NCBI RefSeq assembly: GCF_964204645.1
Contig: NC_134030.1
Location: 14,074,110-14,138,109 of the forward strand
Direction: 5' to 3'
Origin: Tubulanus polymorphus
Lineage: Eukaryota; Animalia; Nemertea
DNA length: 64,000 nucleotides
The notes under the pieces were generated by a model. It worked only from the letters and a program-made list of their open reading frames with translations, ran no database searches and had not been told where the DNA came from. Position 1 is the stretch's first letter. Every line of letters starts with the position of its first letter. Shown here piece after piece: positions 1 through 15,000 of this stretch. Both the position numbers and the translations under genes were made by a program.

Positions 1-3000
1 CGTCGTTCAGCGCGAGAAAAGACGTTTTCTCATCAGATCTTCTCCGTATCGAAAAAATGAAAATGTCGACACGCAAAAGCGCTCAAATCGACGGGAAAAT
101 CACATTTCGACCCGTAAACGTCGTTCAGCGCTAGAAAAGACGTTTTCTTATCAAGTTTTCCCCGTATCCAAAAAATGAAAATGTCGATACGCAAAAGCCC
201 TCAAATCGACGGGAAAAGCACATTTCGAACCGAAAACGTCGTTCAGCGCGAGAAAAGACGTTTACTCATCGAGTTTTCCCCGTATCGAAAAAAATGAAAA
301 TGCCGATACGCAAAAGCGCTCAAATCGACGGGAAAAGCACATTTCGATACATTTCGACCCGAAAACGTCGTTCAGCGCGAGAAAAGACGTTTTGTCATCA
401 AGTTTTTCCCCGTATCGAAAAAATGAAAATGTCGATACGCAAAAGCGCTCAAATCGACTGGAAAAGCACATTTCGATACATTTCGACCCGAAAACGTCGT
501 TCAGCGCGAGAAAAGACGTTTACTCATCGAGTTTTTTCCGTATCGAAAAAATGAAAATGCCGATTCGCAAAAGCGCTCAAATCGACGGGAAAAGCACATT
601 TCGACCCGAAAACGTCGTTCAGCGCGAAAAAAGACGTTTTCTCATCAAGTTTTCCCCGTATCGAAAAATGAAAATGTCGATACGCAAAAGCGCTCAAATC
701 GACGGGAAAAGCACATTTCGATAAATTTCGACCCGAAAACGTCGTTCAGCGCTAGAAAAGACGTTTTCTCATCAAGTTCTCCCCGTATCGAAAAAATGAA
801 ATTGTCGATGCGCAAAAGCGCTCAAATCGACGGGAAAAGCACATTTCGACCCGAAAACGTCGTTCAGCGCGAGAAAAGACGTTTTCTCATCAGATCTTCT
901 CCGTATCGAAAAAATGAAATTGTCGATGCGCAAAAGCGCTCAAATCGATGGAAAAAGCACATTTCGACACATTTCGACCCAAAAACGTCGTTCAGCGCGA
1001 GAAAAGACGTTTTCTCATCAAATTTTCCCCGTATCGAAAAAATGAAAATGTCGACACGCAAAAGCGCTCCAATCGACGGGAAAATCACATTTCGACCCGT
1101 AAACGCCGTTCAGCGCTAGAAAAGACGTTTTCTCATCAAGTTCTCCCCGTATCGAAAAAATGAAATTGTCGATGCGCAAAAGCGCTCAAATCGACGGAAA
1201 AAGCACATTTCGACCCGAAAACGTCGTTCAGCGCGAGAAAAGACGTTTTCTCATCAGATCTTCTCCGTATCGAAAAAATGAAAATGTCGACACGCAAAAG
1301 CGCTCCAATCGACGGGAAAAGCATATTTCGACCCGAAAACGTCGTTCAGCGCGAGAAAAGACGTTTTCTCATCAAGTTTTCCCCGTATCGAAAAAATGAA
1401 AATGCCGATACGCAAAAGCGCTAAAATCGACGGGAAAAGCACATTTCGACCCGTAAACGTCGTTCAGCGCTAGAAAAGACGTTTTCTTATCAAGTTTTCC
1501 CCGTATCGAAAAAATGAAAATGTCGATGCGCAAAAGCGCTCACATCGACGGGAAAAGCACATTTCGACCCAGAAACGTCGTTCAGCGCGAGAAAAGACGT
1601 TTTCTCATGAAGTTTTCCCCGTATCGAAAAAATGAAAATGTCGATGCGCAAAAGCGCTCAAATCGACGGGAAAAGCACATTTCGAACCGAAAACGTCGTT
1701 CAGCGCGAGAAAAGACGTTTACTCATCGAGTTTTCCCCGTATCGAAAAAATGAAAATGCCGATACGCAAAAGCGCTCAAATCGACGGGAAAAGCACATTT
1801 CGATACATTTCGACCCGAAAACGTCGTTCAGCGCGAGAAACGACGTTTTCTCATCAAGTTTTCCCCGTATCGAACAAATGAAAATGTCGATACGCAAAAG
1901 CGCTCAAATCGACGGGAAAAGCACATTTCGATACATTTCGACCCGAAAACGTCGTTCAGCGCGAGAAAAGACGTTTACTCATCGAGTTTTTTCCGTATCG
2001 AAAAAATGAAAATGCCGATACGCAAAAGCGCTCAAATCGACGGGAAAAGCACATTTCGACCCGAAAACGTCGTTCAGCGCGAGAAAAGACGTTTTCTCAT
2101 CAGATCTTCTCCGTATCGAAAAGATGAAAATGTCGACACGCAAAAGCGCTCCAATCGACGGGAAAATCACATTTCGACCCGTAAACGCCGTTCAGCGCTA
2201 GAAAAGACGTTTTCTCATCAAGTTCTCCCCGTATCGAAAAAATGAAAATGCCGATACGCAAAAGCGCTAAAATCGACGGGAAAAGCACATTTCGACCCGT
2301 AAACGTCGTTCAGCGCTAGAAAAGACGTTTTCTTATCAAGTTTTCCCCGTATCGAAAAAATGAAAATGTCGATGCGCAAAAGCGCTCACATCGACGGGAA
2401 AAGCACATTTCGACCCAGAAACGTCGTTCAGCGCGAGAAAAGACGTTTTCTCATGAAGTTTTCCCCGTATCGAAAAATGAAAATGTCGATACGCAAAAGC
2501 GCTCAAATCGACGGGAAAAGCACATTTCGATACATTTCGACCCGAAAACGTCGTTCAGCGCGAGAAAAGACGTTTTCTCATCGAGTTTTCCCCGTATCGA
2601 AAAAATGAAAATGTCGATGCGCAAAAGTGCTCAAATCGAGGGGAGAAGCATATTTCGACCCAAAAACGTCGTTCAGCGCGAGAAAAGACGTTTTCTGATC
2701 AAGTTTTTCACGTATCGAAAAAATGAAAATGTCGAAGCGCAAAAGCGCTCAAATCGACGGGAAAAGCACCTTTCGACACATTTCGACCCAAAAACGTCGT
2801 TCAGCGCGAGAAAAGACGTTTTCTCATCAGATCTTCTCCGTATCGAAAAAATGAAAATGTCGACACGCAAAAGCGCTCAAATCGACGGGAAAATCACATT
2901 TCGACCCGTAAACGTCGTTCAGCGCTAGAAAAGACGTTTTCTTATCAAGTTTTCCCCGTATCGAAAAAATGAAAATGTCGATACGCAAAAGCCCTCAAAT

Positions 3001-6000
3001 CGACGGGAAAAGCACATTTCGAACCGAAAACGTCGTTCAGCGCGAGAAAAGACGTTTACTCATCGAGTTTTCCCCATATCGAAAAAATGAAAATGCCGAT
3101 ACGCAAAAGCGCTCAAATCGACGGGAAAAGCACATTTCGATACATTTCGACCCGAAAACGTCGTTCAGCGCGAGAAAAGACGTTTTCTCATCAAGTTTTC
3201 CCCGTATCGAAAAAATGAAAATGTCGATACGCAAAAGCGCTCAAATCGACTGGAAAAGCACATTTCGATACATTTCGACCCGAAAACGTCGTTCAGCGCG
3301 AGAAAAGACGTTTACTCATCGAGTTTTTTCCGTATCGAAAAAATGAAAATGCCGATACGCAAAAGCGCTCAAATCGACGGGAAAGCACATTTCGACCCGA
3401 AAACGTCGTTCAGCGCGAGAAAAGACGTTTTCTCATCAGATCTTTTCCGTATCGAAAAAATGAAAATGTCGACACGCAAAAGCGCTCCAACTGACGGGAA
3501 AATCACATTTCGACCCGTAAACGCCGTTCAGCGCTAGAAAAGACGTTTTCTCATCAAGTTCTCCCCGTATCGAAAAAATGAAATTGTCGATGCGCAAAAG
3601 CGCTCAAATCGACGGAAAAAGCACATTTCGACCCGAAAACGTCGTTCAGCGCGAGAAAAGACGTTTTCTCATCAGATCTTCTCCGTATCGAAAAAATGAA
3701 AATGTCGACACGCAAAAGCGCTCCAATCGACGGGAAAAGCACATTTCGACCCGAAAACGTCGTTCAGCGCGAGAAAAGACGTTTTCTCATCAGATCTGCT
3801 CCGTATCGAAAAATTGAAATTGTCGATGCGCAAAAGCGCTCAAATCGACGGAAAAAGCACATTTCGACACATTTCGACCCAAAAACGTCGTTCAGCGCGA
3901 GAAAAGACGTTTTCTCATCAAGTTTTCCTCGTATCGAAAAAATGAAAATGCCGATACGCAAAAGCGCTAAAATCGACGGGAAAAGCACATTTCGACCCGT
4001 AAACGTCGTTCAGCGCTAGAAAAGACGTTTTCTTATCAAGTTTTCCCCGTATCGAAAAAATGAAAATGTCGATGCGCAAAAGCGCTCACATCGACGGGAA
4101 AAGCACATTTCGACCCAGAAACGTCGTTCAGCGCGAGAAAAGACGTTTTCTCATCAAGTTTTCCCAGTATCGAAAAAATGAAAATGTCGAAGCGCAAAAG
4201 CGCTCAAATCGACGGGAAAATCACATTTCGAACCGAAAACGTCGTTCAGCGCGAGAAAAGACGTTTACTCATCGAGTTTTCCCCGTATCGAAAAAATGAA
4301 AATGCCGTTACGCAAAAGCGCTCCAATCGACGGGAAAAGCACATTTCGATACATTTCGACCCGAAAACGTCGTTCAGCGCGAGAAAAGACCTTTTCTCAT
4401 CAAGTTTTCTCCGTATCGAAAAAATGAAATTGTCGATGCGCAAAAGCGCTCAAATCGACGGGAAAAGCACATTTCGACCCAGAAACGTCGTTCAGCGCGA
4501 GAAAAGACAAGTTTTCCCCGTATCGAAAAAATGAAATTGTCGATGCGCAAAAGCGCTCAAATCGACGGAAAAAGCACATTTCGACCCGAAAACGTCGTTC
4601 AGCGCGAGAAAAGACGTTTTCTCATCAGATCTTCTCCGTATCGAAAAAATGAAAATGTCGACACGCAAAAGCGCTCCAATCGACGGGAAAAGCACATTTC
4701 GACCCGAAAACGTCGTTCAGCGCGAGAAAAGACGTTTTCTCATCAGATCTTCTCCGTATCGAAAAAATGAAATTGTCGATGCGCAAAAGCGCTCAAATCG
4801 ACGGAAAAAGCACATTTCGACACATTTCGACCCAAAAACGTCGTTCAGCGCGAGAAAAGACGTTTTCTCATCAAGTTTTCCCCGTATCGAAAAAATGAAA
4901 ATGTCGACACGCAAAAGCGCTCCAATCGACGGGAAAATCACATTTCGACCCGTAAACGCCGTTCAGCGCTAGAAAAGACGTTTTCTCATCAAGTTCTCCC
5001 CGTATCGAAAAAATGAAATTGTCGATGCGCAAAAGTGCTCAAATCGACGGAAAAAGCACATTTCGACACATTTCGACCCAAAAACGTCGTTCAGCGCGAG
5101 AAAAGACGTTTTCTCATCAAGTTTTCCCCGTATCGAAAAAATGAAAATGTCGACACGCAAAAGCGCTCCAATCGACGGGAAAATCACATTTCGACCCGTA
5201 AACGCCGTTCAGCGCTAGAAAAGACGTTTTCTCATCAAGTTCTCCCCGTATCGAAAAAATGAAATTGTCGATGCGCAAAAGCGCTCAAATCGACGGGAAA
5301 ATCACATTTCGTCCCGTAAACGCCGTTCAGCGCTAGAAAAGACGTTTTCTCATCAAGTTCTCCCCGTATCGAAAAAATGAAATTGTCGATGCGCAAAAGC
5401 GCTCAAATCGACGGAAAAAGCACATTTCGACCCGAAAACGTCGTTCAGCGCGAAAAAAGACGTTTTCTCATCAAGTTCTCCCCGTATCGAAAAATGAAAA
5501 TGTCGATACGCAAAAGCGCTCAAATCGACGGGAAAAGCACATTTCGATACATTTCGACCCCAAAACGTCGTTCAGCGCGAGAAAAGACGTTTTCTCATCG
5601 AGTTTTCCCCGTATCGAAAAAATTAAAATGTCGATGCGCAAAAGTGCTCAAATCGAGGGGAGAAGCATATTTCGACCCAAAAACGTCGTTCAGCGCGAGA
5701 AAAGACGTTTTCTCATCAAGTTTTCCACGTATCGAAAAAATGAAAATGTCGAAGCGCAAAAGCGCTCAAATCGACGGGAAAAGCACATTTCGACACATTT
5801 CGACCCAAAAACGTCGTTCAACGCGAGAAAAGACGTTTTCTCATCGAGTTTTCCACGTATCGAAAAAATGAAAATGTCGAAGCGCAAAAGCGCTCAAATC
5901 GACGGGAAAAGCACCTTTCGACACATTTCGACCCGAAAACGTCGTTCAGCGCGAGAAAAGACGTTTTCTCATCAGATCTTCTCCGTATCGAAAAAATGAA

Positions 6001-9000
6001 AATGTCGACACGCAAAAGCGCTCCAATCGACGGGAAAATCACATTTCGACCCGTAAACGTCGTTCAGCGCTAGAAAAGACGTTTTCTTATCAAGTTTTCC
6101 CCGTATCGAAAAAATGAAAATGTCGATGCGCAAAAGCGCTCAAATCGACGGGAAAAGCACATTTCGAACCGAAAACGTCGTTCAGCGCGAGAAAAGACGT
6201 TTACTCATCGAGTTTTCCCCGTATCGAAAAAATGAAAATGCCGATACGCAAAAGCGCTCAAATCGACGGGAAAAGCACATTTCGATACATTTCGACCCGA
6301 AAACGTCGTTCAGCGCGAGAAAAGACGTTTTCTCATCAAGTTTTCCCCGTATCGAACAAATGAAAATGTCGATACGCAAAAGCGCTCAAATCGACTGGAA
6401 AAGCACATTTCGATACATTTCGACCCGAAAACGTCGTTCAGCGCGAGAAAAGACGTTTACTCATCGAGTTTTTTCCGTATCGAAAAAATGAAAATGCCGA
6501 TACGCAAAAGCGCTCAAATCGACGGGAAAAGCACATTTCGACCCGAAAACGTCGTTCAGCGCGAGAAAAGACGTTTTCTCATCAGATCTTCTCCGTATCG
6601 AAAAAATGAAAATGTCGACACGCAAAAGCGCTCCAATCGACGGGAAAATCACATTTCGACCCGTAAACGCCGTTCAGCGCTAGAAAAGACGTTTTCTCAT
6701 CAAGTTCTCCCCGTATCGAAAAAATGAAATTGTCGATGCGCAAAAGCGCTCAAATCGACGGAAAAAGCACATTTCGACCCGAAAACGTCGTTCAGCGCGA
6801 GAAAAGACGTTTTCTCATCAGATCTTCTCCGTATCGAAAAAATGAAAATGTCGACACGCAAAAGCGCTCCAATCGACGGGAAAAGCACATTTCGACCCGA
6901 AAACGTCGTTCAGCGCTAGAAAAGACGTTTTCTCATCAAGTTCTCCCCGTATCGAAAAAATGAAAATGCCGATACGCAAAAGCGCTAAAATCGACGGGAA
7001 AAGCACATTTCGACCCGTAAACCTCGTTCAGCGCTAGAAAAGACGTTTTCTTATCAAGTTTTCCCCGTATCGAAAAAAATGAAAATGTCGATGCGCAAAA
7101 GCGCTCACATCGACGGGAAAAGCACATTTCGACCCAGAAACGTCGTTCAGCGCGAGAAAAGACGTTTTCTCATGAAGTTTTCCCCGTATCGAAAAATGAA
7201 AATGTCGATACGCAAAAGCGCTCAAATCGACGGGAAAAGCACATTTCGATACATTTCGACCCGAAAACGTCGTTCAGCGCGAGAAAAGACGTTTTCTCAT
7301 CGAGTTTTCCCCGTATCGAAAAAATGAAAATGTCGATGCGCAAAAGCGCTCAAATCGAGGGGAGAAGCATATTTCGACACATTTCGACCCGAAAACGTCG
7401 TTCAGCGCGAGAAAAGACGTTTTCTCATCGAGTTTTCCACGTATCGAAAAAATGAAAATGTCGAAGCGCAAAAGCGCTCAAATCGACGGGAAAAGCACCT
7501 TTCGACACGTTTCGACCCGAAAACGTCGTTCAGCGCGAGAAAAGACGTTTTCTCATCAGATCTTCTCCGTATCGAAAAAATGAAAATGTCGACACGCAAA
7601 AGCGCTCCAATCGACGGGAAAATCACATTTCGACCCGTAAACGTCGTTCAGCGCTAGAAAAGACGTTTTCTTATCAAGTTTTCCCCGTATCGAAAAAATG
7701 AAAATGTCGATGCGCAAAAGCGCTCAAATCGACGGGAAAAGCACATTTCGAACCGAAAACGTCGTTCAGCGCGAGAAAAGACGTTTACTCATCGAGTTTT
7801 CCCCGTATCGAAAAAATGAAAATGCCGATACGCAAAAGCGCTCAAATCGACGGGAAAAGCACATTTCGATACATTTCGACCCGAAAACGTCGTTCAGCGC
7901 GAGAAAAGACGTTTTCTCATCAAGTTTTCCTCGTATCGAACAAATGAAAATGTCGATACGCAAAAGCGCTCAAATCGACTGGAAAAGCACATTTCGATAC
8001 ATTTCGACCCGAAAACGTCGTTCAGCGCGAGAAAAGACGTTTACTCATCGAGTTTTTTCCGTATCGAAAAAATGAAAATGCCGATACGCAAAAGCGCTCA
8101 AATCGACGGGAAAAGCACATTTCGACCCGAAAACGTCGTTCAGCGCGAGAAAAGACGTTTTCTCATCAGATCTTCTCCGTATCGAAAAAATGAAAATGTC
8201 GACACGCAAAAGCGCTCCAATCGACGGGAAAATCACATTTCGACCCGTAAACGCCGTTCAGCGCTAGAAAAGACGTTTTCTCATCAAGTTCTCCCCGTAT
8301 CGAAAAAATGAAATTGTCGATGCGCAAAAGCGCTCAAATCGACGGAAAAAGCACATTTCGACCCGAAAACGTCGTTCAGCGCGAGAAAAGACGTTTTCTC
8401 ATCAGATCTTCTCCGTATCGAAAAAATGAAAATGTCGACACGCAAAAGCGCTCCAATCGACGGGAAAAGCACATTTCGACCCGAAAACGTCGTTCAGCGC
8501 TAGAAAAGACGTTTTCTCATCAAGTTCTCCCCGTATCGAAAAAATGAAAATGCCGATACGCAAAAGCGCTAAAATCGACGGGAAAAGCACATTTCGACCC
8601 GTAAACCTCGTTCAGCGCTAGAAAAGACGTTTTCTTATCAAGTTTTCCCCGTATCGAAAAAATGAAAATGTCGATGCGCAAAAGCGCTCACATCGATGGG
8701 AAAAGCACATTTCGACCCAGAAACGTCGTTCAGCGCGAGAAAAGACGTTTTCTCATGAAGTTTTCCCCGTATCGAAAAATGAAAATGTCGATACGCAAAA
8801 GCGCTCAAATCGACGGGAAAAGCACATTTCGATACATTTCGACCCGAAAACGTCGTTCAGCGCGAGAAAAGACGTTTTCTCATCGAGTTTTCCCCGTATC
8901 GAAAAAATGAAAATGTCGATGCGCAAAAGCGCTCAAATCGAGGGGAGAAGCATATTTCGACCCAAAAACGTCGTTCAGCGCGAGAAAAGACGTTTTCTGA

Positions 9001-12000
9001 TCAAGTTTTCCACGTATCGAAAAAATGAAAATGTCGAAGGGCAAAAGCGCTCAAATCGACGGGAAAAGCACATTTCGACACATTTCGACCCAAAAACGTC
9101 GTTCAGCGCGAGAAAAGACGTTTTCTCATCGAGTTTTCCACGTATCGAAAAAATGAAAATGTTGAAGCGCAAAAGCGCTCAAATCGACGGGAAAAGCACC
9201 TTTCGACACATTTCGACCCGAAAACGTCGTTCAGCGCGAGAAAAGACGTTTTCTCATCAGATCTTCTCCGTATCGAAAAAATGAAAATGTCGACACGCAA
9301 AAGCGCTCAAATCGACGGGAAAATCACATTTCGACCCATAAACGTCGTTCAGCGCTAGAAAAGACGTTTTCTTATCAAGTTTTCCCCGTATCCAAAAAAT
9401 GAAAATGTCGATACGCAAAAGCCCTCAAATCGACGGGAAAAGCACATTTCGAACCGAAAACGTCGTTCAGCGCGAGAAAAGACGTTTACTCATCGAGATT
9501 TCCCCGTATCGAAAAAAATGAAAATGCCGATACGCAAAAGCGCTCAAATCGACGGGAAAAGCACATTTCGAACCGAAAACGTCGTTCAGAGCGAGAAAAG
9601 ACGTTTTCTCATCAAGTTTTCTCCGTATCGAAAAAATGAAATTGTCGATGCGCAAAAGCGCTCAAATCGACGGGAAAAGCACATTTCGACACGTTTCGAC
9701 CCAAAAACGTCGTTACGCGCGAGAAAAGACGTTTTCTCATCGAGTTTTCCACGTATCGAAAAAATGAAAATGTCGAAGCGCAAAAGCGCTCAATTCGACG
9801 GGAAAAGCACCTTTCGACACATTTCGACCCGAAAACGTCGTTCAGCGCGAGAAAAGACGTTTTCTCATCAGATCTTCTCCGTATCGAAAAAATGAAAATG
9901 TCGACACGCAAAAGCGCTCACATCGACGGAAAAAGCAGATTTCGACCCAGAAACGTCGTTCAGCGCGAGAAAAGACGTTTTGTCATCAAGTTTTCCCAGT
10001 ATCGAAAAAATGAAAATGTCGAAGCGCAAAAGCGCTCAAATCGACGGGAAAAGCACATTTTGAACCGAAAACGTCGTTCAGCGCGAGAAAAGACGTTTAC
10101 TCATCGAGTTTTCCCCGTATCGAAAAAATGAAAATGCCGATACGCAAAAGCGCTCAAATCGACGGGAAAAGCACATTTCGACCAAGAAACGTCGTTCAGC
10201 GCGAGAAAAGACAAGATTTCCCCGTATCGAAAAAATGAAATTGTCGATGCGCAAAAGCGCTCAAATCGACTGGAAAAGCACATTTCGACACATTTCGACC
10301 CAAAAACGTCGTTCAGCGCGAGAAAAGACGTTTTCTCATCGAGTTTTCCACGTATCGAAAAAATGAAAATGTCGAAGCGCAAAAGCGCTCAAATCGACGG
10401 GAAAAGCACCTTTCGACACATTTCGACCCGAAAACGCCGTTCAGTGCGAGAAAAGACGTTTTCTCATCGAGTTTTCCACGTATCGAAAAAATGAAAATGT
10501 CGAAGCGCAAAAGCGCTCAAATCGACGGGAAAAGCATATTTCGACCCAAAAACGTCGTTCAGCGCGAGAAAAGACGTTTTCTCATCAAGTTTTCCACGTA
10601 TCGAAAAAATGAAAATGTCGAAGCGCAAAAGCGCTCAAATCGACGGGAAAAGCACATTTCGACACATTTCGACCCAAAAACGTCGTTCAGCGCGAGAAAA
10701 GACGTTTTCTCATCGAGTTTTCCACGTATCGAAAAAATGAAAATGCCGATACGCAAAAGCGCTCAAATCGACGGGAAAAGCACATTTCGATACATTTCGA
10801 CCCGAAAACGTAGTTCAGCGCGAGAAAAGACGTTTCCTCATCAAGTTTTCCCCGTATCGAAAAAATGAAAATGTCGATACGCAAAAGCGCTCAAATCGAC
10901 GGGAAAAGCACATTTCGACCCGAAAACGTCGTTCAGCGCGAGAAAAGACGTTTTCTCATCAGATCTTCTCCGTATCGAAAAAATGAAAATGTCGATACGC
11001 AAAAGCGCTCAAATCGACGGGAAAAGCACATTTCGATACATTTCGACCCGAAAACGTCGTTCAGCGCGAGAAAAGACGTTTACTCATCGAGTTTTTTCCG
11101 TATCGAAAAAATGAAAATGCCGATACGCAAAAGCGCTCAAATCGACGGGAAAAGCACATTTCGACCCGAAAACGTCGTTCAGCGCGAGAAAAGACGTTTT
11201 CTCATCAGATCTTCTCCGTATCGAAAAAATGAAAATGTCGACACGCAAAAGCGCTCCAATCGACGGGAAAATCACATTTCGACCCGTAAACGCCGTTCAG
11301 CGCTAGAAAAGACGTTTTCTCATCAAGTTCTCCCCGTATCGAAAAAATGAAATTGTCGATGCGCAAAAGTGCTCAAATCGACGGAAAAAGCACATTTCGA
11401 CACATTTCGACCCAAAAACGTCGTTCAGCGCGAGAAAAGACGTTTTCTCATCAAGTTTTCCCCGTATCGAAAAAATGAAAATGCCGATGCGCAAAAGCGC
11501 TCAAATCGACGGAAAAAGCACATTTCGACCCGAAAACGTCGTTCAGCGCGAGAAAAGACGTTTTCTCATCAGATCTTCTCCGTATCGAAAAAATGAAAAT
11601 GTCGACACGCAAAAGCGCTCCAATCGACGGGAAAAGCACATTTCGACCCGTAAACGCCGTTCAGCGCTAGAAAAGACGTTTTCTCATCAAGTTCTCCCCG
11701 TATCGAAAAAATGAAATTGTCGATGCGCAAAAGCGCTCAAATCGACGGAAAAAGCACATTTCGACCCGAAAACGTCGTTCAGCGCGAAAAAAGACGTTTT
11801 CTCATCAAGTTTTCCCCGTATCGAAAAATGAAAATGTCGATACGCAAAAGCGCTCAAATCGACGGGAAAAGCACATTTCGATACATTTCGACCCGAAAAC
11901 GTCGTTCAGCGCTAGAAAAGACGTTTTCTCATCAAGTTCTCCCCGTATCGAAAAAATGAAATTGTCGATGCGCAAAAGCGCTCAAATCGACGGCAAAAGC

Positions 12001-15000
12001 ACATTTCGACCCGAAAACGTCGTTCAGCGCGAGAAAAGACGTTTTCTCATCAGATCTTCTCCGTATCGAAAAAATGAAAATGTCGACACGCAAAAGCGCT
12101 CCAATCGACGGGAAAAGCACATTTCGACCCGTAAACGCCGTTCAGCGCTAGAAAAGACGTTTTCTCATCAAGTTCTCCCCGTATCGAAAAAATGAAATTG
12201 GCGATGCGCAAAAGCGCTCAAATCGACGGAAAAAGCACATTTCGACCCGAAAACGTCGTTCAGCGCGAGAAAAGACGTTTTCTCATCGAGTTTTCCCCGT
12301 ATCGAAAAAATGAAAATGTCGATGCGCAAAAGTGCTCAAATCGAGGGGAGAAGCATATTTCGACCCAAAAACGTCGTTCAGCGCGAGAAAAGACGTTTTC
12401 TCATCAAGTTTTCCGCGTATCGAAAAAATGAAATTGTCGAAGCGCAAAAGCGCTCAAATCGACGGGAAAAGCACATTTCGACACGTTTCGACCCAAAAAC
12501 GTCGTTCAGCGCGAGAAAAGACGTTTTCTCATCGAGTTTTCCACGTATCGAAAAAATGAAAATGTCGAAGCGCAAAAGCGCTCAATTCGACGGGAAAAGC
12601 ACCTTTCGACACATTTCGACCCGAAAACGTCGTTCAGCGCGAGAAAAGACGTTTTCTCATCAGATCTTCTCCGTATCGAAAAAATGAAAATGTCGACACG
12701 CAAAAGCGCTCCAATCGACGGGAAAATCACATTTCGACCCGTAAACGTCGTTCAGCGCTAGAAAAGACGTTTTCTTATCAAGTTTTCCCCGTATCGAAAA
12801 AATGAAAATGTCGATGCGCAAAAGCGCTCAAATCGACGGGAAAAGCACATTTCGAACCGAAAACGTCGTTCAGCGCGAGAAAAGACGTTTACTCATCGAG
12901 TTTTCCCCGTATCGAAAAAATGAAAATGCCGATACGCAAAAGCGCTCAAATCGACGGGAAAAGCACATTTCGATACATTTCGACCCGAAAACGTCGTTCA
13001 GCGCGAGAATAGACGTTTTCTCATCAAGTTTTCCCCGTATCGAACAAATGAAAATGTCGATACGCAAAAGCGCTCAAATCGACGGGAAAAGCACATTTCG
13101 ATACATTTCGACCCGAAAACGTCGTTCAGCGCGAGAAAAGACGTTTACTCATCGAGTTTTTTCCGTATCGAAAAAATGAAAATGCCGATACGCAAAAGCG
13201 CTCAAATCGACGGGAAAAGCACATTTCGACCCGAAAACGTCGTTCAGCGCGAGAAAAGTCGTTTTCTCATCAGATCTTCTCCGTATCGAAAAAATGAAAA
13301 TGTCGACACGCAAAAGCGCTCCAATCGACGGGAAAATCACATTTCGACCCGTAAACGCCGTTCAGCGCTAGAAAAGACGTTTTCTCATCAAGTTCTCCCC
13401 GTATCGAAAAAATGAAATTGTCGATGCGCAAAAGCGCTCAAATCGACGGAAAAAGCACATTTCGACCCGAAAACGTCGTTCAGCGCGAGAAAAGACGTTT
13501 TCTCATCAGATCTTCTCCGTATCGAAAAAATGAAAATGTCGACACGCAAAAGCGCTCCAATCGACGGGAAAAGCACATTTCGACCCGAAAACGTCGTTCA
13601 GCGCTAGAAAAGACGTTTTCTCATCAGATCTTCTCCGTATCGAAAAAATGAAATTGTCGATGCGCAAAAGCGCTCAAATCGACGGAAAAAGCACATTTCG
13701 ACACATTTCGACCCAAAAACGTCGTTCAGCGCGAGAAAAGACGTTTTCTCATCAAGTTTTCCCCGTATCGAAAAAATGAAAATGCCGATACGCAAAAGCG
13801 CTCAAATCGACGGGAAAAGCACATTTCGACCCGTAAACGTCGTTCAGCGCTAGAAAAGACGTTTTCTTATCAAGTTTACCCCGTATCGAAAAAATGAAAA
13901 TGTCGATGCGCAAAAGCGCTCACATCGACGGAAAAAGCAGATTTCGACCCAGAAACGTCGTTCAGCGCGAGAAAAGACGTTTTGTCATCAAGTTTTCCCA
14001 GTATCGAAAAAATGAAAATGTCGAAGCGCAAAAGCGCTCAAAATCGACGGGAAAAGCACATTTTGAACCGAAAACGTTGTTCAGCGCGAGAAAAGACGTT
14101 TACTCATCGAGTTTTCCCCGTATCGAAAAAAATGAAAATGCCGATACGCAAAAGCGCTCAAATCGACGGGAAAAGCACATTTCGATACATTTCGACCCGA
14201 AAACGTCGTTCAGCGCGAGAATAGACGTTTTCTCATCAAGTTTTCCCCGTATCGAACAAATGAAAATGTCGATATGCAAAAGCGCTCAAATCGACGGGAA
14301 AAGCACATTTCGATACATTTCGACCCGAAAACGTCGTTCAGCGCGAGAAAAGACGTTTTCTCATCAGATCTTCTCCGTATCGAAAAAATGAAAATGTCGA
14401 CACGCAAAAGCGCTCCAATCGACGGGAAAATCACATTTCGACCCGTAAACGCCGTTCAGCGCTAGAAAAGACGTTTTCTCATCAAGTTTTCCCAGTATCG
14501 AAAAAATGAAAATGCCGATACGCAAAAGCGCTCAAATCGACGGGAAAAGCACATTTCGATACATTTCGACCCGAAAACGTCGTTCAGCGCGAGAAAAGAC
14601 GTTTTCTCATCGAGTTTTCCCCGTATCGAAAAAATGAAAATGTCGATGCGCAAAAGCGCTCAAATCGAGGGGAGAAGCATATTTCGACCCAAAAACGTCG
14701 TTCAGGGCGAGAAAAGACGTTTTCTCATCAAGTTTTCCACGTATCGAAAAAATGAAAATGTCGAAGCGCAAAAGCGCTCAAATCGACGGGAAAAGCACAT
14801 TTCGACACAATTCGACCCAAAAACGTCGTTCAGCGCGAGAAAAGACGTTTTCTCATCGAGTTTTCCACGTATCGAAAAAATGAAAATGTCGAATCGCAAA
14901 AGCGCTCAAATCGACGGGAAAAGCACCTTTCGACACATTTCGACCCGAAAACGTCGTTCAGCGTGAGAAAAGACGTTTACTCATCGAGTTTTCCCCGTAT

